From a virus (lineage: Duplodnaviria > Caudoviricetes), in IMG/VR virus record IMGVR_UViG_3300027969_000005, positions 1 to 59,387 of that record: a stretch of 59,387 nt of DNA; one strand, written 5' to 3'. A model generated the notes under the pieces. The model saw only the letters and a program-made list of their open reading frames with translations. It made no database searches and was not told the origin of the DNA. Shown one piece after another: positions 15,853 through 24,295 of the stretch; positions within the stretch are counted from its first letter, which is position 1, and every line of letters begins with the position of its first letter. The translations under genes and the position numbers were made by a program.

Positions 15853-18489
15853 CTATGCGGGGTAAAGCGGCTGCAATTGGCCGCCGGGATAGGTCTTCAT
15901 GGACTCGATCTCTTCAATTCGCTCAGCGCCACGGGTCAAAAGCCCAATATCACGCATGTGGCGCAAGGCCTGAGACACCGTATCGACCATATCGTCGTGC
16001 TTTCCCTTAGGGAATTGTCCGACTTGGGTGATTAAGGCTTCTGCCCACGACCGATCTGGCGCATAGATCATGCCCTCGGCAAACAGATGCTGGATCGAAT
16101 AGAGGCGAGACAGCTTATCTTGGCTCTTTGGGTCGTGAAGCTGCACGCCAAACCGCTCGTGGTTATACAGACGCCGGATTTCCTGCGCCACAGAGTGTCC
16201 GGCGGCCTTGTTCTCGATTAAAAGCACGTCAACCTTGAGCGACCGGCATGTCTTGGCGACCTTTTCGACCAGTTCGTGGATCTCCAAACGTGCCTCCCAA
16301 GCATGCATCAGCATGACCTTGGGCGCGGCGTCCATATAGGACCGGTCGATATACATTGGCCGACCATCAGCATCCAAAATGCGCGAGGCCTGCGCCGTCG
16401 TTTCAGACGTGAAGACGCCCCAGATGCTCAGGGCGCTAGGGTCATTCATTGTCTTGGTCGTATAGGCGGTGTCCAAAGACGCCACGATGTAATCCATCGG
16501 CGGGAAGGACGCATCCTCCCACAATTGCCACCAGTCTCGCTTGATGACACCGCCCCCGGCGGGCTCAGGACGCTGCTGTAGCTGACCGGCGGCGGAGAAC
16601 GGACCCAAGGCACGCTCAAGGCGCGACACCTCTGCATCGCCAAACCGCTCGGGCCAGAGCAGTTCGCCCGGTTCGCTTCGTGGATCCTTCCAGCCGATAC
16701 CAGATACAAATGACCGCTCAGGTTCATAACGCATGGGAAGCATCAGGTGCGTCCAGTCATCGCGCTCCTTCTCAAGGATGTGGCCGGTCAGGTCGTCTTC
16801 GGCCAGACGCTGCTGGATGATCACGAACGCGCCCGTCTTGGGATCGTTGAGACGGGTGCTCATGGTGCCGTCCCACCACTCCTTGGTGGTCTCGATCGTG
16901 GCCTCAGAGAAGGCCTCAGACGCAGCGTTGGGGTCATCGACGATTATGCAATTGTGGACGAGAACTCCATCAGCAAAGAAGTTGCTAAATTCCTCAACTT
17001 GTATGTCATAGACCCACTCCTCTCTTGTGCCCAAAGATGCAACAGAGGAGACACCGTCAAAGTTCCAACGTGATGTTTGGCATGACAAGGCTGGCAAAGA
17101 GTAATCAGGTTTTCCGGCTCGTTGTTTTGAGGGTTGTGATCCACATGATGGACATGAAGAATTGATCTTGCATGAGATCCCCGTGGAAGCTTCATCTCCG
17201 CCTCCCCGCAAGCTGTGCATTCGTGATCGTCCCGCTCCAAAACAACCCGCCTCATTAATTTGTAAAGATTCGAGTATGGGGAATTGTTCTTGAAGTTTGA
17301 GTTCAATCTCCCCCGCATTCTGTCCGAATGATCCGCATCCGCACAAGCTGGAGAACAATATATTGTCCATATCTTGCCGCTCGGCATAAGTTTCATTCCG
17401 AAAATCGTTCCACAGCGGGGGCAAGATCGTTTCTTTTGATTTTTCCACCGCCATATTGCCTTGCAAGCATCCGAACAACATTTCGAGTGTCGGGTCTTTC
17501 TTGGCTTTTCGCAAACGACGCATTGAGCCGTATTTTTTGTCGCATGATGTGCTGAGCAACATATTTTCGAGCAATAGGCATCCCGACTGTTTTGCTTGAG
17601 CGCCTTCCTTGCTTCGTATAGTTGTTTTTCCGTCCGCTTCCCGCAATTGTCGCAAATCAAATGAAGAACTATTGTCCTTCCCGTTTTCGACAATAAGCCC
17701 GTCTCCTCTCCCCATTTCAGAAGCAAAGATATATCCCCACCCCGGTGAGAAGATTGGATGGTCTCCAGTACAGATAAATCGATTTCCCGAAAATGAATCC
17801 AATTGATAGAGGTCATTTGACTTCCTACGGTGTGTGGCTAAAATTTTAGAACTTACCACCTTACCCCGTGAATGATCAAACGCCAATATAATGTCACCGA
17901 TTTTTAGAGATTCGATTGGAACATGGCCCGCAGGCGTTGAAACCATCGTTCCCGCCACAAAACAGCTTCCGCCCTCACCGGTCACCGCCGCGCCAACGGA
18001 CGTGATCAGGCGCTCACCGCCCTTGTCGTTGGAGAAACGGCTTTTGGTGTTTTGGTCGCTGTTGAGCGTAAACCGATCACCCCACATGGACTGATACCAC
18101 GGGCTCTCGATCAGGCGTCGGCACTTGACACTGTCTCGCAAGGTCAACTGCTGGGCATAGGACGCATGCAGGAACTGCACGCCCGGCCCAGAAGTGGGGC
18201 CGCGATAGCTTTGCGCCCATGTCCATGCTGGAAAAGCCACCGAAGTAATCGATGACTTTCCAAAACGCGGAGGCACATTAATTATTAGACGTCTAATTTC
18301 CCCATCAACAACGGCTTGCAGATGTTCCGCAATTGCCTCGATGGGCCATCCGTCAGTCCATGGTGAGCTATCGATGTAGCGCCACGCATGGGTCAAAAAC
18401 AGATAGAGGCTGTCTTCGTATTCCGCCCGATCCAAGTCGAGCAATTGTCTTTTGGCATCGACCGTCAGACCACCAAGATCAACCTTCAT
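15853..18489 (-). CDS. terL: Terminase large subunit, intein-containing precursor (about 878 aa; about 540 aa spliced)
   Basis: Walker A INVPPRFGKS; Walker B (C)IIVDD directly after the intein; nuclease motifs SLDTA, IENKAAG, HDDMVD; start codon approximate. Confidence 0.93.
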   Translation of the reverse strand: MKVDLGGLTVDAKRQLLDLDRAEYEDSLYLFLTHAWRYIDSSPWTDGWPIEAIAEHLQAVVDGEIRRLIINVPPRFGKSSITSVAFPAWTWAQSYRGPTSGPGVQFLHASYAQQLTLRDSVKCRRLIESPWYQSMWGDRFTLNSDQNTKSRFSNDKGGERLITSVGAAVTGEGGSCFVAGTMVSTPAGHVPIESLKIGDIILAFDHSRGKVVSSKILATHRRKSNDLYQLDSFSGNRFICTGDHPIFSPGWGYIFASEMGRGDGLIVENGKDNSSSFDLRQLREADGKTTIRSKEGAQAKQSGCLLLENMLLSTSCDKKYGSMRRLRKAKKDPTLEMLFGCLQGNMAVEKSKETILPPLWNDFRNETYAERQDMDNILFSSLCGCGSFGQNAGEIELKLQEQFPILESLQINEAGCFGAGRSRMHSLRGGGDEASTGISCKINSSCPSCGSQPSKQRAGKPDYSLPALSCQTSRWNFDGVSSVASLGTREEWVYDIQVEEFSNFFADGVLVHNCIIVDDPNAASEAFSEATIETTKEWWDGTMSTRLNDPKTGAFVIIQQRLAEDDLTGHILEKERDDWTHLMLPMRYEPERSFVSGIGWKDPRSEPGELLWPERFGDAEVSRLERALGPFSAAGQLQQRPEPAGGGVIKRDWWQLWEDASFPPMDYIVASLDTAYTTKTMNDPSALSIWGVFTSETTAQASRILDADGRPMYIDRSYMDAAPKVMLMHAWEARLEIHELVEKVAKTCRSLKVDVLLIENKAAGHSVAQEIRRLYNHERFGVQLHDPKSQDKLSRLYSIQHLFAEGMIYAPDRSWAEALITQVGQFPKGKHDDMVDTVSQALRHMRDIGLLTRGAERIEEIESMKTYPGGQLQPLYPA
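16944..17693 (-). CDS. Zinc-finger HNH homing endonuclease overprinted in the +1 frame inside the TerL intein (249 aa from TTG 17693; frame open from ATG 17816)
   Basis: CDNC, YCSKIC, CVVC, CSDAC, CPRC, YCSPAC repeats; VLERDDHECTACG...LHVHHVDHNPQNNEPENLITLCQPCHAKHH; AGGAG at 17707-17703, 9 nt before TTG. Confidence 0.88.
   Translation of the reverse strand: MSKTGRTIVLHLICDNCGKRTEKQLYEARKALKQNSRDAYCSKICCSAHHATKNTAQCVVCEKPRKTRHSKCCSDACKAIWRWKNQKKRSCPRCGTIFGMKLMPSGKIWTIYCSPACADADHSDRMRGRLNSNFKNNSPYSNLYKLMRRVVLERDDHECTACGEAEMKLPRGSHARSILHVHHVDHNPQNNEPENLITLCQPCHAKHHVGTLTVSPLLHLWAQERSGSMTYKLRNLATSLLMEFSSTIA
16951..17964 (-). mobile_element. Intein (338 aa) in TerL, inserted just before Walker B
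   Basis: Block A CFVAGTMVST, block B CTGDHPIF, block F VYDIQVEEFSNFFADG, block G VLVHN, +1 Cys; exteins TGEGGS|CIIVDDP. Confidence 0.93.
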
Positions 18490-18970
18490 TTGCCTCAAAT
18501 TCCTCTTCATCGGAGGTGTCTTTGTCGTATTGACCCTGCTTGTCGATCGCCTTTTCAAGGATCTCACGCAGTGAATCGCGCTGATCTTGGGTCAAATCGC
18601 GGCTATCGACCGTCTGCGTGCTGGTCTCGCTTTGGATCGGATTGCCGTCTGGGCCGGTAAGCTCAGTGCGGTTTGTCTCACGCCAGCCAAGCTGCGTCTT
18701 TGCCCAGAACATGGCTGCAGGGGCGCAGCTTTTGTGGTTGATGTCCGTGGCAATCTGGAAAAGGGTCGAGACGACCTTAAAGTTCTTCTCGCCCTTCGCC
18801 TTCTTAAGCTCAGCGGGATAGTATTTGACCAGCGTATCGACATGCAAACCCATCATGTCGGCCACCTGAAGGTTGGTCATACCCATGCCAGCAGCCTCGG
18901 CCACTCGCTCGCGGCTTTCGTCTGTGGCAACATGGGCTGGTCGTCCGCGTCGGCGTGGTGCGTCGGTCAT
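18479..18970 (-). CDS. terS: Terminase small subunit
   Basis: GRP.H, HTH, AAMFWAKTQLGWRE and ELTG.DG.PI motifs; directly upstream of TerL. Confidence 0.85.
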   Translation of the reverse strand: MTDAPRRRGRPAHVATDESRERVAEAAGMGMTNLQVADMMGLHVDTLVKYYPAELKKAKGEKNFKVVSTLFQIATDINHKSCAPAAMFWAKTQLGWRETNRTELTGPDGNPIQSETSTQTVDSRDLTQDQRDSLREILEKAIDKQGQYDKDTSDEEEFEANEG

Positions 18971-19032
18971 GGGTGCATCCTATTCATTTGGTCTAATATA
19001 TCTGTGCGCCGGTCGAAAAACTAGCCCCCCAT

Positions 19033-19389
19033 TTAAGTTGGATTGCAAGGCCATGATTCCATCTGGGCCTTAACGACCAGCAATGGCGCTGAATCGTTTC
19101 TGGTTGCCGGGTGACGGGTGATGTAGCTGATCACAACGTCCTTGACCTGACCGACTGTAACACCTGCGGGGGCACAATAGGGTTTGGCCTTATTGGATAG
19201 GGCCCAGAGCGTAAGTGTCGCATCTGCGCCACGGATGTAGCCAAAACAAACGCCGCGCCCCCATTCGTCGGAGCTTGTGCAAAAGCCCAAAAGCTCATTG
19301 CCGTCGTCCGGAACCACGTCTCTGGCCTGCGTGGCCGCAGGCACAAGCACGATCGCGATAGGTAGGATTAGCTTCAATAGGTTGTTCAT
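19033..19389 (-). CDS. Secreted Rap1a-like (T6SS amidase immunity family) protein
   Basis: Signal peptide, then GNELL..C...C.GYI.G...C.P..VT..Q...VV..YI..HP......A..LV..A....WPC. Confidence 0.75.
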   Translation of the reverse strand: MNNLLKLILPIAIVLVPAATQARDVVPDDGNELLGFCTSSDEWGRGVCFGYIRGADATLTLWALSNKAKPYCAPAGVTVGQVKDVVISYITRHPATRNDSAPLLVVKAQMESWPCNPT

Positions 19390-19535
19390 GATCCAATTCC
19401 GTTCAAAACAATTTTCGCGTGAGCCAAAAGCCAAACGCAGGAATACCAAGAAAAGCAGGCCGCCGGTGCAAGCACCAAGACGGCAATGAATGCGGCGACG
19501 ATGGATGTCGCCCATGAAACGGACTTATCGCTCAT
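19386..19535 (-). CDS. Small membrane protein (49 aa)
   Basis: Manual translation MSDKSVSWATSIVAAFIAVLVLAP...; starts inside the boundary repeat; stop overlaps the next ATG. Confidence 0.55.
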   Translation of the reverse strand: MSDKSVSWATSIVAAFIAVLVLAPAACFSWYSCVWLLAHAKIVLNGIGS

Positions 19536-19737
19536 CACTCCCCCTCCTCGGGCTGTAGGGCAAGTCTAGCGACGGCTGCCCCGGCGATTACCAACCGGCC
19601 AACAATAGTGCTGAGGTCAGCAGCACAGGGCTTACGCTTTGGCAGAGACACAGGCTGTATCTCTTGAGCTTTTGCGTAGCCATGAAAGTCAAAAATGCTG
19701 AGTTCGCTCATCACTCCCCATCCTTGGGCTGTAGGGC
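19528..19737. repeat. 34-bp gene-boundary direct repeat at 19528-19561 and 19704-19737
   Basis: tcgctcatcactcccc(c/a)tcct(c/t)gggctgtagggc, 2 mismatches. Confidence 0.85.
19535..19711 (-). CDS. Small hypothetical protein (58 aa) flanked by direct repeats
   Basis: Manual translation MSELSIFDFHGY...ARLALQPEEGE; TGATG coupling at both ends. Confidence 0.55.
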   Translation of the reverse strand: MSELSIFDFHGYAKAQEIQPVSLPKRKPCAADLSTIVGRLVIAGAAVARLALQPEEGE

Positions 19738-20040
19738 GGCGCGGGCAAGTTCGATGCTTTCCAGTTCATCTTCCACCTGCTCATCTGACAAATTCGAGCC
19801 GTTGCCAGCCTCGCTTTCGCACCAAGCAAGCAACCTATTGATCGCATGTTCCAGCCGCTCGATCTGCGCCGCCTCCCGCTGCGACCGTGCCAGCAGGATT
19901 TCATATTCGATTTTTATCTCGCGATAGACCTCGGCCTCGTGTTTATAGGCCTCGATTTCCGCCGCCTGAGACGCGATGGTGGCGTCACGCTCGGCAATAC
20001 GAACAGCGTGAACCTCGGCCATTTCCATAATCGTGCTCAT
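19711..20040 (-). CDS. Hypothetical coiled-coil protein
   Basis: ORF; ends ARAALQPKDGE. Confidence 0.65.
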   Translation of the reverse strand: MSTIMEMAEVHAVRIAERDATIASQAAEIEAYKHEAEVYREIKIEYEILLARSQREAAQIERLEHAINRLLAWCESEAGNGSNLSDEQVEDELESIELARAALQPKDGE

Positions 20041-20522
20041 GCCGCGCCCTCCGGCTGAGTGATGATGGCGTAGTGGGTGACTTTTTGCCAAAATCGGTTG
20101 TCTGCACGGCTTAAACCATAAGGCGGCATGTACGGATTTTTGGGATCATAATTATGGGTCATAACCCAAGCGTTTAAATCGATTGGACAGATACTTGACC
20201 CATCATGCTTAACCCAAACCATCCCCGGCTTGGCCTCGGCTGCTGCGAGGGCGCGGCCTCGTTTGATGCTAGCAAGGACCAGTGCGTGATTATCAAAGTT
20301 TTCGCTTGGGGCAATCAAATCCCAAGCCTCCGCAATATCAGGATCAACCGCCACAGGCTTCGGCTCCGGCTCTGGCGAAAATGGCCTTTCGCCTTTTGAG
20401 CAAGCTTTTAAATCGGCAACAAATTTTTCTAACGCTACCAAGCGATCCTCCATAATCTCTCGGTCGGTTTTGATCCAAGCCTTGCCCTCAGACAAAAGTA
20501 TAGTTCCTGTTTGTTCGTTCAT
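20037..20522 (-). CDS. Hypothetical protein
   Basis: W..HDG..CP motif; overlap-coupled to neighbours. Confidence 0.65.
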   Translation of the reverse strand: MNEQTGTILLSEGKAWIKTDREIMEDRLVALEKFVADLKACSKGERPFSPEPEPKPVAVDPDIAEAWDLIAPSENFDNHALVLASIKRGRALAAAEAKPGMVWVKHDGSSICPIDLNAWVMTHNYDPKNPYMPPYGLSRADNRFWQKVTHYAIITQPEGAA

Positions 20523-20690
20523 CAGATCGTTCCCTCCTCAACCATGGCCATCACGGCCTCGCTGACGCCATTGCTGGCCTTCTGGTAAAGCTGCCATGCC
20601 CGATTGTTGCGCGAGCGTGTCCAGAGCCTAAAGGCCTGCTGCTGCTTTACCTGAGCGGTCTTGAAGCGTATTTGTGCCTGTGTCGCCACG

Positions 20691-20981
20691 TCACGCCTCC
20701 GCCTTTTTTTCGATAGCCCTAACTATATCCACAGCCGTTTTGCGGATCAGATCTTCAACCTGAAAGACAATCTCATCAATCATGGCCATATCGCCCGCAC
20801 AAGATGCGGCAATCGTCGTGCCCATGTTAAAGATTAGGGACGACATAATGGCCTCCAGAGCGGCGTCAAAACCCTCTTCACCAGCAGCCGTCACCCCCCA
20901 CAATGCGCTTTTCAATGATGAACTCAGGATCGTGTGGAAGTCTTGAGGCGACATAGGTTCGCTTGCGTTAATCAGTTTCAT
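20691..20981 (-). CDS. Hypothetical protein
   Basis: Coupled ORF in operon. Confidence 0.6.
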   Translation of the reverse strand: MKLINASEPMSPQDFHTILSSSLKSALWGVTAAGEEGFDAALEAIMSSLIFNMGTTIAASCAGDMAMIDEIVFQVEDLIRKTAVDIVRAIEKKAEA

Positions 20982-21598
20982 TGGTCGCCATCCTGCATGT
21001 GCGATGAGAGGAACAATCTGCGAAGCCAGCGCGGGACCCTTGCGACGTCGCGCTTGTAGGCAATAATCTGCGAGCGGTAATACTCACCATCGGCTTGGTA
21101 CATGATCCTTGCGGCAGCGTTTTGCGCTTCCTTGCTATTCAAGGCCCGATCGTATTGTTGGGCCGCGACTTGAGCGAGACCCTCAAGCTCTTGGATCTTG
21201 CCCTTAAGCTCCTCAACATAGGCGTCGCGATCATCTGCCGTGGCCACATGGACAGCGATGTCCTTTTGGTATTGGTCAATGCCAACGGTGAGGCGCTCAA
21301 TGGTGTTGGCGCGTTCGCTAATCACCGTCTCCAATCGGCTGATTTCGCTTTCGTGGATCTTGATCTGCTGCTCAAGGCCGTCGATCAAATTCAGATGCTG
21401 CCCGGCAACAATCCTCACCGCATCCAGTTCGGCACGGATGGTGTTGTACCGATCAGTGACAGCAGCGCACGATTGCCCTAGAGCCACGCATTCGGTCTCT
21501 AGGCGCTCAGCCTTTGCCTTCCAATTGACGCGGATACCTGAGGGCGTTTCGTCCTGCGGCATTGGGGAGGGCATTACGCCCTCCTTTCGCTTAGCCAT
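20978..21598 (-). CDS. Coiled-coil protein
   Basis: Long heptad region; C-terminal PRWLRRLF. Confidence 0.7.
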   Translation of the reverse strand: MAKRKEGVMPSPMPQDETPSGIRVNWKAKAERLETECVALGQSCAAVTDRYNTIRAELDAVRIVAGQHLNLIDGLEQQIKIHESEISRLETVISERANTIERLTVGIDQYQKDIAVHVATADDRDAYVEELKGKIQELEGLAQVAAQQYDRALNSKEAQNAAARIMYQADGEYYRSQIIAYKRDVARVPRWLRRLFLSSHMQDGDQ

Positions 21599-21600
21599 GA

Positions 21601-21864
21601 TTATAGCCCTCCGATCGCGGACAGGTACAGGTCGATCAACGCCTCAAGCTCAAGGCGCTTAGCGCGATCCATCTTCCGCATGGCTACGATCTTGCGGATA
21701 GCCTTGACGTCGTAGCCATCGTACTTGGCTTCGGCATAGACCTCCTTAAGGTCACCAGCGATATCGTCAGCATCTTGATTGAGGCGCTCGATGCGCTCAA
21801 CAATTGTGCGGAGGCGGGTTTGTGCTTCGCCATTAAGCACGTCGGCGGAAACTTTGTCGGTCAT
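21601..21864 (-). CDS. gapR: GapR-like nucleoid-associated protein (DUF2312)
   Basis: DVLN..AQ..L..IVERIERL...KEVYAEAK..G.DVK...DRAKR.E....DLYLSAIG closely matches Caulobacter GapR as recalled. Confidence 0.9.
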   Translation of the reverse strand: MTDKVSADVLNGEAQTRLRTIVERIERLNQDADDIAGDLKEVYAEAKYDGYDVKAIRKIVAMRKMDRAKRLELEALIDLYLSAIGGL

Positions 21865-21868
21865 GTGT

Positions 21869-22102
21869 CTATTCTCCCTTCAGGAATGCGAGGAAGGTGC
21901 TGGCAATCTTGACGGTGCCATCAGTGCTTAAATTATTCTTAGCGCATATCGCCTGATAGCTCAGCGCACGGTCCAGCGCCTTAAGGCGAAGGTCGGTGTC
22001 TTCCTCGCCGCGAGCATTAGCGGCAACCATTTCAAGCAAATCGTAAAATTTAATTCCGTCTAAGCCCTTACCATCTGCTTCATCGTCGATGTGGTCGGTC
22101 AT
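21869..22102 (-). CDS. Hypothetical protein
   Basis: ORF upstream of gapR. Confidence 0.6.
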   Translation of the reverse strand: MTDHIDDEADGKGLDGIKFYDLLEMVAANARGEEDTDLRLKALDRALSYQAICAKNNLSTDGTVKIASTFLAFLKGE

Positions 22103-22205
22103 GTTGTCGTCCCTATAAAATTGAGCCATTGCGGCGTGAGTCATCGTCTGACACACGCACATTTGCATGGTTCGATATTATTTCCAATAGGGAAGTGGAT
22201 TTATT

Positions 22206-23189
22206 TTAATTGCCGTCGATGACGGCTTGACCCCGGAAGTAGGCCACGTTTTTGATCACGCAGCAAAGCTCTGGCGGAAGCAGTTCGCCATTACGGAACG
22301 TCAGTACAGCAAAGCCGGACGTGTGCGGCGAGGGGTTATTCTCGGCATAGTCAAACTGCGGGGCTTGAGGGTCTGCAAGGCAGCCGGTGTCCACACCCCA
22401 ACGATGTCCGTTATAGTCCCCCCATGGCGTCACCAGAAGCCTGTGGAGGTGGCCGGTCACAATCGAGCGACCCGACTTGAGAGTGTTATTGTACGCGGCA
22501 TGCTGACCGTTGGCATACCGATGCTTAATCATCGTATTGTCGCTGACGTTGAGCGACCAAGCCATGTTCCAAGCCGGGAACCGCTCATCCAGACGAAGGA
22601 TCGTGCCCTCAAACCCCGGCGCGACCGTGCAAAGGGTGCGATCTAATCGCGCATCGTGGTTGCCAATGTTCCAAAACAGTTCGGCCTTTTTGCCCGGCGC
22701 TGCCATCACAATCTCGTGCAGGCGCTCATCGCAGACCTCAAGCTCCTCCTTAACCGAGGGCAGCTTGCTCCAGCCCAAAGGCGGATGTCTGCTGACACTT
22801 GCCCCATCGAACGCATCGCCATTGTTGACGATGACGGCAGGCTTAAGATCCTTGATGACCTCGAGGAGGGCCATGTTGGCAATGGTCATGTCTTGGTTTG
22901 GCCACCAGTGGCAGTCCGAAAACACCACTATAGTGCCCTTGTCTAGGTCGAAGTCGTTCTGGCGCTTGTAGGCCCGGCCTATGTCCGTCTGCCAACCGTA
23001 CCCAGAACCGCCGTGCGCTGCGGAGGTGGTCCTAAGGAATATGCCCTTATTGGATAGGGCGGCGCGTCTTAGGTAAACCGCCCTGACGTTGATGCCCAAA
23101 AACTCCGATACCCTTTGAGGGCTGCCCCCTGCTCGCTCCCATGCATCGACAAATGTAGCATCCGTTGTGGCGTGGGAATTTGCGGGCAT
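22206..23189 (-). CDS. Calcineurin-like metallophosphoesterase with an N-terminal HTH-like segment
   Basis: SDCH, GDAFD, GNHD, H and GHLH motifs. Confidence 0.88.
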   Translation of the reverse strand: MPANSHATTDATFVDAWERAGGSPQRVSEFLGINVRAVYLRRAALSNKGIFLRTTSAAHGGSGYGWQTDIGRAYKRQNDFDLDKGTIVVFSDCHWWPNQDMTIANMALLEVIKDLKPAVIVNNGDAFDGASVSRHPPLGWSKLPSVKEELEVCDERLHEIVMAAPGKKAELFWNIGNHDARLDRTLCTVAPGFEGTILRLDERFPAWNMAWSLNVSDNTMIKHRYANGQHAAYNNTLKSGRSIVTGHLHRLLVTPWGDYNGHRWGVDTGCLADPQAPQFDYAENNPSPHTSGFAVLTFRNGELLPPELCCVIKNVAYFRGQAVIDGN

Positions 23190-23552
23190 GGTCTACCTTA
23201 CGTTACTACGGTTGGCTATCCTCGCGATGGTGGCGGCAGTATAGGCGATTTTTGTTTTTTGTCATACCCCCCATGTTTTTTTTAGCGGAAGGGGGTGGGG
23301 GTGTTGGGCCGGTGGGCGTTTTTGGCATTTTTGGGCGTATGACGTTGGTGTGCACGCATACCCACCATAGTGTCTTCGCTATGCTACAGGGGGGTGTCGG
23401 GGGGCGCTTTTCATTTCTTTTCCGCGCCCGAAACGACCGCGTGCAGCGCAGCATTGCTATGTCGTTGTTTTTATTCAGCTTTCTGTCGCGCTGTCGCTTG
23501 CGCCTTCGCACTTGCAGCATGATCACTTGCCACCTCGAACCCGTCAAGACGC

Positions 23553-23581
23553 TTGACCCGCAGGGCGATACAGCCTATCGT
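23553..23581 (+). promoter_or_regulatory. Sigma70-like promoter for the plus-strand island
   Basis: TTGACC-17 bp-TATCGT upstream of ATG 23616. Confidence 0.5.
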
Positions 23582-23615
23582 GATGGAAGTAATCACATCC
23601 AATGAGGACGATCCG

Positions 23616-23990
23616 ATGACTGACTATCCCAACTACGACGGCCTGAAGGCCGGAGGTTTTCCCCGCGTTGGCCCGCCCGCTGACTGGCCGCACTTCGGTG
23701 TGACCCACCGCACCGCCGACCAGCAGGCCCTGATCGCGCAGGCGCAGCGGAACTCAGGCTTCAGCGCTCATCAGGTGTACAACAGCACGCCAGAGGGACT
23801 GCAGCGCCTGCGTGCCCGCATCGGCCCGCTGCACGTCGTCAACACCCACATGCCGCTCGCAGCGGGCGAGGTGGCAGAGCTACGGCCCAAGCTGACCCTG
23901 ACCCGCGTGCTGGGCGCTCTGGTCGATCTGGGCGCGACCGTGGGCTTCCTCGCCTTCGTGGCGTTCCTGCTGTCGAGGGCAGGCGCATGA
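23616..23990 (+). CDS. Hypothetical protein with C-terminal transmembrane helix
   Basis: SD GAGG; hydrophobic C-terminus. Confidence 0.65.
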   Translation: MTDYPNYDGLKAGGFPRVGPPADWPHFGVTHRTADQQALIAQAQRNSGFSAHQVYNSTPEGLQRLRARIGPLHVVNTHMPLAAGEVAELRPKLTLTRVLGALVDLGATVGFLAFVAFLLSRAGA

Positions 23991-24208
23991 TGACCGGCGA
24001 CGACTATCGCGCCCTGCTCGCACGCAACCACCTGAGGCAGGCCGACGCTGCATGGATCTGTGGCGTCGGGGAGCGTCAGGCGAGGGCGTGGGCGGCCTTG
24101 GGCGATCAGCCCATACCGCAGGCAGCGGCGCTGCTGCTGGCCGCGTACGACCAGCAGAAGATCGACGCCCGCTGGCTCGTGACGACGATCGGCACCGCAC
24201 CGAAATAA
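23987..24208 (+). CDS. XRE/Cro-like HTH protein
   Basis: YRALL....L.QADAA..CGV..R..R.W...G...IP pattern. Confidence 0.7.
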   Translation: MMTGDDYRALLARNHLRQADAAWICGVGERQARAWAALGDQPIPQAAALLLAAYDQQKIDARWLVTTIGTAPK

Positions 24209-24213
24209 TATTG

Positions 24214-24295
24214 TTGACAGGGTGATTTACCCTATGGCATAGGTTGGGGGCGGGGCGATGTGCCTCGTCGCCAATCCTATGGAGCTACCCCAATG
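24214..24295 (+). promoter_or_regulatory. Promoter/operator plus shared leader cassette
   Basis: TTGACA followed by GGGTGATTTACCC; leader CAATCCTATGGAGCTACCCCAATG. Confidence 0.65.

Noticed and set aside
17393-17581. Third-frame ORF inside the intein (triple coding)
   Set aside because: Only 62 aa with no motif; consistent with chance.
16944-17816. Out-of-frame HNH as a simple sequencing frameshift, pseudogene or group I intron ORF
   Set aside because: The TerL frame is uninterrupted with both splice junctions intact, so an error would need two compensating indels plus a chance stop-free frame. The HNH also has its own Shine-Dalgarno and start, and no intron is needed to restore TerL.
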